This document shows, in pieces, positions 57,401-64,000 of a stretch of DNA of 64,000 nucleotides. The notes below the pieces were generated by a model that did not search any database, was not told the DNA's origin, and saw only the letters and a program-made list of their open reading frames with translations. Source of the stretch: Chitinophaga pinensis (lineage in GTDB: Bacteria > Bacteroidota > Bacteroidia > UKL13-3); NCBI GenBank assembly GCA_943369665.1, contig CALRNX020000003.1, forward strand, positions 6,907 to 70,906. The letters are read 5' to 3'. The position numbers and the translations under genes were made by a program. Position 1 is the first letter of the stretch; every line of letters begins with the position of its first letter.

Positions 57401-58828
57401 ATGAAGCTATCGCAACAAAAAAAAATACATACAGCCATTATCATTCTGCTTGATTATTTAGCATCATCGGCAGCGTGGTTTGGTTTCTTTTTATACCGTA
57501 AGTTATTTATTGATATTGATAAAATAGCCGGATATGAGGTGCCGGTGGCGGCCGATCAAAACCTCTTTATCGGATTATTATACATTCCGGTGTATTGGAT
57601 GGTATTGTATTATTTATCGGGAACGTATATCGATGTGTGGAGGCGTTCAAGGTTAAAGGAACTAACGCAAACGTTTACCCTTACCGCTTTTGGTGTGATT
57701 ATTTTATTTTTCCTGTTATTGCTCGATGATAAAGTTACAGGGTACAAAGATTACTACTATTCGCTTGTCACCTTGTTTGCTCTTCACTATGGCTTTACCA
57801 TGTTTGTGAGGTTGCTTTCGGCCGGTTACCTGAAAAAATTATTGATTGCCAAACGTATCGGGTTTCCTGCCATTATAGTGGGTAATAATAATAAAGCGTT
57901 CAATTTATTAACGGAGATCCAAAATGAAAAATATACCCAGGGGTTTATGCTCAAGGGTTTTGTAAATGTGAATACAGAAGAGGGGCCTCTGACAGGAAAA
58001 CTCCCACAACTCGGAACGTATGAACAACTATCGAGTATTATCGCTGAGGAGCAGATCGAGGAAGTTATCCTGGCAATTGAAAGTACCAATCATTCCGATA
58101 TTATTCGGGTAAATAATTTGCTGGAAGGTGAACAGGTGGTGCTCAAAATTATTCCTGATATTTATGATATGTTATCGGGTTCGGTGAAAATGCAGAATGT
58201 GATGGGTACTGCATTGATCGAAATTAAACCCAATATATTGCCTCAATGGCAAAAAGTAGTTAAGCGGTTGAGCGACATCTTTGTTGCTTGTATTGTATTG
58301 ATCTTATGCTCTCCGTTATATTTAATATTGATCTGGTTGGTGAAGATATCTTCCCCCGGACCTGTTTTTTTTAAGCAGATCAGGATAGGCTTACATGGCA
58401 AGCCCTTCTTTATTTATAAGTTTAGGAGCATGTATGTAAATGCCGAAGAAGACGGGCCTAAACTTGCGAAAGAGGATGATAAACGCGTTACTAGAATTGG
58501 CAAGGTATTGCGCAAATACCGCATGGATGAGTTGCCGCAGTTTTTTAATGTATTGATTGGTGATATGAGTTTGGTTGGGCCTCGTCCCGAAAGAAAATAC
58601 TTTATTGACCAGATCATCAAAGTGGCTCCGCATTACAAGCAACTGCACCGTGTTCGCCCGGGTATTACTTCATGGGGGCAGGTAAAGTATGGCTATGCTG
58701 AAAATGTAGATGAAATGGTTGAACGCCTTAAGTTTGATATCTTATACATCGAGAATATTTCACTTGCTGTTGATGTTCGCATTTTAATCTATACCGTAAA
58801 AATCATTTTGCAGGGAAGGGGTATGTAA
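57401..58828 (+). CDS. Polyprenyl-phosphate glycosyl-1-phosphate transferase (bacterial sugar transferase, WbaP-like)
   Basis: 475 aa. N-terminal TM bundle, central Rossmann-like region, C-terminal sugar-transferase domain with RMDELPQFFNVLIGDMSLVGPRPE. Confidence 0.88.
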   Translation: MKLSQQKKIHTAIIILLDYLASSAAWFGFFLYRKLFIDIDKIAGYEVPVAADQNLFIGLLYIPVYWMVLYYLSGTYIDVWRRSRLKELTQTFTLTAFGVIILFFLLLLDDKVTGYKDYYYSLVTLFALHYGFTMFVRLLSAGYLKKLLIAKRIGFPAIIVGNNNKAFNLLTEIQNEKYTQGFMLKGFVNVNTEEGPLTGKLPQLGTYEQLSSIIAEEQIEEVILAIESTNHSDIIRVNNLLEGEQVVLKIIPDIYDMLSGSVKMQNVMGTALIEIKPNILPQWQKVVKRLSDIFVACIVLILCSPLYLILIWLVKISSPGPVFFKQIRIGLHGKPFFIYKFRSMYVNAEEDGPKLAKEDDKRVTRIGKVLRKYRMDELPQFFNVLIGDMSLVGPRPERKYFIDQIIKVAPHYKQLHRVRPGITSWGQVKYGYAENVDEMVERLKFDILYIENISLAVDVRILIYTVKIILQGRGM

Positions 58829-58830
58829 GT

Positions 58831-61809
58831 TTAACGCTCAATGGTCGTTTCAATCATTGTTTCCCTGTCGATATAGTTTAAGCGTTTGCACATTTCCACT
58901 TCTATTGATAAAAAATCATATTCAACGGTTACTTTCCCTTTTATTAAATAACAGCCATTACCTGTAAATGGATATTTTTTAGCGCTTTCGGGAAAATGTA
59001 CTGTGTCGATCCAATGTCCTTTGATATCAATAAACGTTCCGAAATGCATTTTTTGCCCACCAGATGTTTGCGTTGTTTTCTTGTTGACCAAATACCCAAG
59101 GATCGTTATTGTTTGATGAATATAATTAGGTAATTGAAAAGCAGTAAGTATGGGTAACTCTGTAGCCTGCACCAATTTAAAAGGTGAACATAATGAGAAG
59201 CCCAACAATTCCATTTCATCAAACGCTTCTTCCAATTCGGAACTGACCAGCGTGGGTAGTTTAAAGTGTTTAACTTGTTTTTTAAACAATACACTTGCGT
59301 TGTTGTGTTTGGCAACGGGTTGAACCAACGCGTGTGCCTGCCATAATAATTCTTTTTTATCCTTACCTGTAAATGCAAATGTTCCTGCCCGAATTAACAA
59401 CCGCAATTGTTCTATCGAAATCGCAACACGATCCACAAAGTCTTCCAAGCTTGTGAAAGGACCATGCAACGAACGTTCATGTAAAACAAGTGTGCGTGTA
59501 TGTTCGGTTATTTCGGCAATAAAGGACAGGCCTAAATAAATGGTGTTTTGTTGAATCGTGTTTTCGTTGCTGCTATTATTGATGCAAGGCAAATGAATAA
59601 TTGCGCCATGCATCTTCGCTTCGTGAATGTACAATTCCATGCGGTAAAATCCACCACCATTATTAAGCGTGGCAACCATATACTCCAACGGGAAATATGC
59701 TTTTAAGTATAATGCCTGGTAACTCTCTACCGCGTAACTTGCCGAGTGTCCTTTGGCAAAAGCAAAATTACCGAAGCTTTCTATCTGGTTCCATATTTCG
59801 GAGATGGTTTTTTCATCGTGTCCTTTGGCCAAACAATTTTTGAAAAAGTTTTCGCGAACCTTATAAAACTCATTCCGTTGTTTAAATTTCCAACTCATTC
59901 CCCTGCGCAAATAATCCGATTCGGCTAATGTTAAATCGGCAAACAAATGCGCCACTTTGATCACATCTTCCTGGTACACCATCACACCATAGGTTTCTTT
60001 TAAGATATCGTAAAGCTGAGGTAATTTATTTCGGGCTTTTTCCCGCAGTGTTTCGTCTCTAAAACGCATGATGTATTCGCGCATCATTCCGCTTTTGGCC
60101 ACCCCCGGCCTGATAATAGAACTTGCAGCCACCAATCGCAAATAATCATCGGCTCGCAATTTGGCAAGCAACATGCGCATTCCGGGTGATTCTACATAAA
60201 AACAACCGATGGCTTTTCCTTCGCGCAACAATGTTTTTACGGCTTCATCTTCTGTGAACTTTTTGATATCATGGATGTCTATTGATACATTTTTATTTTG
60301 TTTGATAATGCTCAATGCATCTTTAATTTTTCCCAACCCGCGCTGACTTAAAATATCGAATTTATACAATCCAATATCTTCGGCTTCCAGCATACTGAAC
60401 TGTGTTGTAGGATAGCCTTTGGGTGGCATATTTGTTGCCGAATAATATGTAATAGGTTTCTCTGAAATAATGATACCACTGGCATGGATGCTTAGATGAC
60501 TTGGGAAACCTTTTAGTCGTTCACTGTAACGCAATATTTGCCGACCTATCGTATCAATATCCGTATACTGCTGTGGTTTTTGCAACCTGTCTATTTCGGC
60601 CGGAGGCAAACCAAAAACTTTTCCCAGTTGGCGCACAATGGCGTCTTGCTGAAAGGTATTATAGGATCCTAACAATGCAACATTGTTGTTTTTACCAAAA
60701 CGTTCAAAAATGTACCGCGTAATATCATCCCTGTCTGTCCACGAAAAATCAATATCAAAATCGGGAGCATTGCTGCGGAATTCGTTGATGAATCGTTCGA
60801 AGTACAGATCAAGTTGTATGGGGTCAACATCCGTAATTCCCAACAGATACGCCACGATACTATTGGCCCCGCTGCCCCTGCCTACATGGTAGTAATTTTT
60901 GTGTTTTGCATATTGGGTAATATCCCAGTTAATCAGAAAGTATGAACTAAAGCTCTTTTTACCGATCACATCAAGTTCTTTTTCCATGCGGGCAAAAGCC
61001 TCTTTATAAGCACTGGGTTCCGGGTAACGGTAGGCTAATCCTTTTAAACATTCGCTGCGCAACAACTTGATATCGTCAGCTAAATTATCGGTGTAAAACT
61101 GTAGGTTTTTGTTGCTTAGTTTTCCAAAATCAAATCGAACATGGCAGTTGGCAAGTAATGTTTCGGTATGATGGATGATATGCGGAAATTGAGCATAGGC
61201 CGCAAGCAACTTTTCTTTGGACATAATGGTTTCTGCACCTTTGGCCTGGGCATTGTGTGGCAACATACTTAGCAATGTGTTGGTATCAATGGACCGCAAT
61301 AAACGGTGCATATTAAATTGCATCGCATTACCAAAACTTACCTGGTGCAACGCAACCAATTTATTTGTATTGTTTTTGTAGGGTGATAATGCAAGTTGTC
61401 GCAAATCGGTAATCGAAACACCAATAAATTCATGCGGTTTTAATGGCCATCCAGTATATGTTGCAAACGGATAAATGATAAAAACGTTCGTGAAATCAGG
61501 AGCGGTTTGTGGAAATGGTTCGTTATTGTGTAAGTGTTTTGAAAGGTGAATATTCAATTCATTATACCCTTCATTGTTTTGTGCAAGGCCCACATATTGT
61601 TGTTGAACACCATTTCTAAAGTCAATACCAATAACAGGTTTAAGGGGTTTGCCTTCGGTTAAGCGCAGTGTCTCCAATACCGCAGACGTATTATTAATAT
61701 CGGTAAGTGCAAATGTGCTATAGCCATTAAGATAAACTTCAGTAAGTAACGTTTTTACAGGCAACGTTCCGTAGCAAAAACTATAATAGCTATGACAATT
61801 AAGAAGCAT
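58831..61809 (-). CDS. dnaE2: DNA polymerase III alpha-subunit paralog, error-prone DnaE2-like
   Basis: 992 aa, shorter than replicative DnaE. N-terminal PHP domain (LNCHSYYSF), a polymerase core and an OB fold. Lies directly downstream of a Y-family polymerase and next to a LexA-like repressor. Confidence 0.8.
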   Translation of the reverse strand: MLLNCHSYYSFCYGTLPVKTLLTEVYLNGYSTFALTDINNTSAVLETLRLTEGKPLKPVIGIDFRNGVQQQYVGLAQNNEGYNELNIHLSKHLHNNEPFPQTAPDFTNVFIIYPFATYTGWPLKPHEFIGVSITDLRQLALSPYKNNTNKLVALHQVSFGNAMQFNMHRLLRSIDTNTLLSMLPHNAQAKGAETIMSKEKLLAAYAQFPHIIHHTETLLANCHVRFDFGKLSNKNLQFYTDNLADDIKLLRSECLKGLAYRYPEPSAYKEAFARMEKELDVIGKKSFSSYFLINWDITQYAKHKNYYHVGRGSGANSIVAYLLGITDVDPIQLDLYFERFINEFRSNAPDFDIDFSWTDRDDITRYIFERFGKNNNVALLGSYNTFQQDAIVRQLGKVFGLPPAEIDRLQKPQQYTDIDTIGRQILRYSERLKGFPSHLSIHASGIIISEKPITYYSATNMPPKGYPTTQFSMLEAEDIGLYKFDILSQRGLGKIKDALSIIKQNKNVSIDIHDIKKFTEDEAVKTLLREGKAIGCFYVESPGMRMLLAKLRADDYLRLVAASSIIRPGVAKSGMMREYIMRFRDETLREKARNKLPQLYDILKETYGVMVYQEDVIKVAHLFADLTLAESDYLRRGMSWKFKQRNEFYKVRENFFKNCLAKGHDEKTISEIWNQIESFGNFAFAKGHSASYAVESYQALYLKAYFPLEYMVATLNNGGGFYRMELYIHEAKMHGAIIHLPCINNSSNENTIQQNTIYLGLSFIAEITEHTRTLVLHERSLHGPFTSLEDFVDRVAISIEQLRLLIRAGTFAFTGKDKKELLWQAHALVQPVAKHNNASVLFKKQVKHFKLPTLVSSELEEAFDEMELLGFSLCSPFKLVQATELPILTAFQLPNYIHQTITILGYLVNKKTTQTSGGQKMHFGTFIDIKGHWIDTVHFPESAKKYPFTGNGCYLIKGKVTVEYDFLSIEVEMCKRLNYIDRETMIETTIER

Positions 61810-61994
61810 TTTAGATTTCTGATTTTAGATTTGGGATGTTTTAATCGAACATTTTTTGTACACTAAGGCCACGAATTCTTAATAAAGATACGAAGCATTG
61901 ATTTTCCTTTTAGTTCCCGATAGCTATCAGGATTCTTTAACAAAATATAGTCTGCTTCTTCAACTTCGCATTTTTGTTCACTCCGCATTCCACA

Positions 61995-63179
61995 CTATCT
62001 TTTTATTCCATTAAACGGATTCATTCCATATTCCTTGAAGTCGGTTCCTACTGCTCTCGCTACGGCATCTTTTCCATATCGTTTTCTGATTTTATCCATG
62101 GCTAAATACAATTGAATTTGTTCGGGTGTTTGGTCGAAAAGATTGTATTGGTGTCCGCCATGAACAAGGTGGCTAAAGCGTATACCAATAAGCCTGATGA
62201 GCATGCGTTTTTGAAAGAGTTTGTCAAATAACTCTTTTACTTTTTCAATTAATACATGGTCAAGCGAAGTATAGGGGATGCGGGCCTGCATGGTATAAGT
62301 GTTGAAGTCGGAATAACGGATCTTTACCGTTACACATGCTGTTAGTTTTTGTTCGGTACGCAGTTGAAACGCTAATTTCTCCGTCATGCCGATCAGCAAT
62401 CCTTTTAATGCTTTAACATCAATGGTGTCTTTTTCGAAAGTACGTTCGGTTGAAATGGATTTACGTTCGGAGTAAGGAACAACAGGTGTGTGATCAATAC
62501 CTTGTGCTTTGCGCCAGATTGCGGTTCCGTTTTCACCCAAAACCTGTTGGAGCAGTTCCAATGGCATTTCCTGTAAGGTGCGGATCCACGTTACACCCAT
62601 TCCGCGTAGTAGTTGATACGTTTTATCGCCCACCATCGGAATTTTTTTGATGGACAAGGGAGCTAAAAATTCTTTTTCGGTACCACTTATAATTTGTTTG
62701 TGCCCATTTGGTTTTGCTTCGCCTGTTCCGACTTTGGATACTGTTTTGTTAACCGACATGGCAAAAGAAATGGGCAGGCCTGTTTCTTTAATGATCCGTT
62801 GACGCAGTTCGGTTGCCAGTTTGTAACAACCAAAAAATTTATCCATTCCCGTCAGGTCCATGTAAAATTCGTCTATCGAACTTTTTTCGTACATGGGCAC
62901 AGCTTCACTAATGATCTCGGTAATGGTATCGGAGTATTTACTGTATTCTGCTGTATCGCCACGCACAACAATGGCTTCGGGGCAAAGTAATTTTGCCTGG
63001 CGCATGGGCATTGCGGAGTGTACACCAAATCCGCGCGCTTCATAACTGCACGAAGCCACCACACCTCTGTCGCTTGTGCCTCCAACCAACACAGGTTTAC
63101 CCTTAAGCTCCGGGTGAAGGATTCGTTCAACCGAAACAAAAAAAGAGTCCAGATCTATATGTACGATTTGCCTATTCAC
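61995..63179 (-). CDS. dinB: Y-family DNA polymerase (DinB/Pol IV-like, catalytic acidic residues present)
   Basis: 394 aa. IVHIDLDSFFVSVE and SIDEFYMDLT carry the catalytic Asp/Glu residues. HhH block PIKKIPMVGDKT. Confidence 0.88.
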   Translation of the reverse strand: MNRQIVHIDLDSFFVSVERILHPELKGKPVLVGGTSDRGVVASCSYEARGFGVHSAMPMRQAKLLCPEAIVVRGDTAEYSKYSDTITEIISEAVPMYEKSSIDEFYMDLTGMDKFFGCYKLATELRQRIIKETGLPISFAMSVNKTVSKVGTGEAKPNGHKQIISGTEKEFLAPLSIKKIPMVGDKTYQLLRGMGVTWIRTLQEMPLELLQQVLGENGTAIWRKAQGIDHTPVVPYSERKSISTERTFEKDTIDVKALKGLLIGMTEKLAFQLRTEQKLTACVTVKIRYSDFNTYTMQARIPYTSLDHVLIEKVKELFDKLFQKRMLIRLIGIRFSHLVHGGHQYNLFDQTPEQIQLYLAMDKIRKRYGKDAVARAVGTDFKEYGMNPFNGIKR

Positions 63180-63420
63180 GCTTTGCTTAAGTATTTAAGT
63201 TGGTTAGGTTAGTTGGGGTTATTAAGTTAAGATGGCGTTGTTTGAATGTATTGACGAATAGACTTTGTCAACTTAACCAACTCAAGAAACCTAATTACTA
63301 AAAAGGAGGAGTTGTGATTAAGCAATTGATTTGACCGGAGGCAAACCCAATCAACCAATTACTTAATCAACTAATCACTTAATCTCCTCTGTAATCAATC
63401 AAAAATTTCACTTGCAAGAT

Positions 63421-63460
63421 TACTACAAAATTTAGTATTATTGTACTAAATATTTTAGTA
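63421..63460. promoter_or_regulatory. Candidate operator: four alternating TACTA/TAGTA half-sites abutting the repressor start codon
   Basis: TACTA 63421-25, TAGTA 63433-37, TACTA 63444-48, TAGTA 63456-60. Extended forms are TTTAGTA, TACTAAA and TTTAGTA. Centre spacings are 12, 11 and 12 bp. The last site overlaps the ATG at 63460. Confidence 0.5.
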
Positions 63461-64000
63461 TGTCGAAAATAGCCGCGAATATCAAGCACTTACGTTTGCT
63501 TAAAAACTGGAGCCAGGGTCAATTAGCTGATGAGATCGAACTCAGCCGCGCACGTATCGGTTCATATGAAGAGGGCAGGGCCGAGCCCTCCATTGAAGTG
63601 ATGATCCGGTTGTCCAATATCTTTCACGTGGGGATCGATGCATTGGTTAAATCAAACCTGAGTGGATTGAAGGATACGCAATTGATGAAGGTTGCGGAAA
63701 ACAGGTTGTTGTTTCCCATTATGGTGGATCATAATAATAACGATCTGGTGGAAGTGGTGACGGCAAAAGCTTCGGCCGGTTATTTAAATGGCTACAGTGA
63801 CCCAGAGTATTTTGAGAAACTGCCCAATATGAATTTACCGTTTCGGATCGTTGGTAAACACCGAGCGTTTCCCATTAAGGGAGATTCAATGCCTCCATTG
63901 AAAGATGGAAGTTTTGTGATCGGGAAATTTGTGGAATCCATTGCCGATATAAACGATGGCGATACGTATATCTTAATTACCAAAGAAGAAGGAATTGTGT
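63460..64000 (+). CDS. XRE-type HTH + S24 peptidase repressor (LexA-like), 3' end beyond the window
   Basis: Absent from the ORF track (no stop in the window). Hand translation gives MSKIAANIKHLRLLKNWSQGQLADEIELSRARIGSYEEGRAEPS (HTH), then ...AFPIKGDSMPPLKDGSFVIG (S24 catalytic Ser context). Confidence 0.85.
   Translation, partial: MSKIAANIKHLRLLKNWSQGQLADEIELSRARIGSYEEGRAEPSIEVMIRLSNIFHVGIDALVKSNLSGLKDTQLMKVAENRLLFPIMVDHNNNDLVEVVTAKASAGYLNGYSDPEYFEKLPNMNLPFRIVGKHRAFPIKGDSMPPLKDGSFVIGKFVESIADINDGDTYILITKEEGIV

Noticed and set aside
63314-63334. Mini-ORF GTG-ATT-AAG-CAA-TTG-ATT-TGA preceded by AGGAGGAG (possible leader peptide)
   Set aside because: It has only six sense codons. Shine-Dalgarno use is weak in Bacteroidota. 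The AGGAGGAG word is better explained as one arm of the imperfect palindrome.
1-64000. CRISPR arrays, rRNA and tRNA genes
   Set aside because: I found no regularly spaced direct repeats, no rRNA-like stretches and no cloverleaf-like sequences in the intergenic regions I inspected by eye. A tRNAscan or Infernal run would be needed to exclude small RNAs formally.

Overview
This 64-kb window looks like chromosomal DNA from a Bacteroidota-type bacterium. Support for that: T9SS C-terminal sorting domains, TTG-N(17-21)-TAnnTTTG promoter-like boxes, a long NusB, DUF1573 and PUR-alpha-like DUF3276 proteins.

Main blocks:
- 1-9.9 kb: colinear ribosomal-protein/secY/infA/rpoA cluster, rplP to rplQ. rpmD and rpmJ are missing from the ORF track and were translated by hand.
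- 10-19 kb: acetate-type locus. It holds acs, a truncated IS1-like Zn-ribbon/HTH gene, a porin, an MFS transporter and small membrane ORFs. It also has a sodium:solute-symporter-fused histidine kinase with a receiver-only response regulator.
- 19.8-23.2 kb: conserved but functionally unsolved trio of circularly permuted ATP-grasp, alpha-E and transglutaminase genes.
- 23-53 kb: mostly housekeeping or envelope genes. These include a PiT transporter plus porin, coaE, yajC, nusB, a Leu-type dehydrogenase, an ABC exporter, a Prc-like protease, TamB, tsaD and an MltD-like lytic transglycosylase. Two T9SS cargo proteins are also here.
- 53.2-54.6 kb: best candidate for an undescribed system. It is a very AT-rich cassette of three translationally coupled genes (198/136/123 aa) between mltD-like and pcm. 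Its first gene has a Cys...His pattern like NlpC/P60/CHAP enzymes. I cannot place the other two in any family.
- 58.8-64 kb: DnaE2-like polymerase, catalytically intact Y-family polymerase and a divergent XRE-HTH/S24 LexA-like repressor (partial at the window end) with a striking array of inverted half-sites.

I saw no rRNA, tRNA or CRISPR array. All family assignments come from motif recognition by eye; no database search was run.
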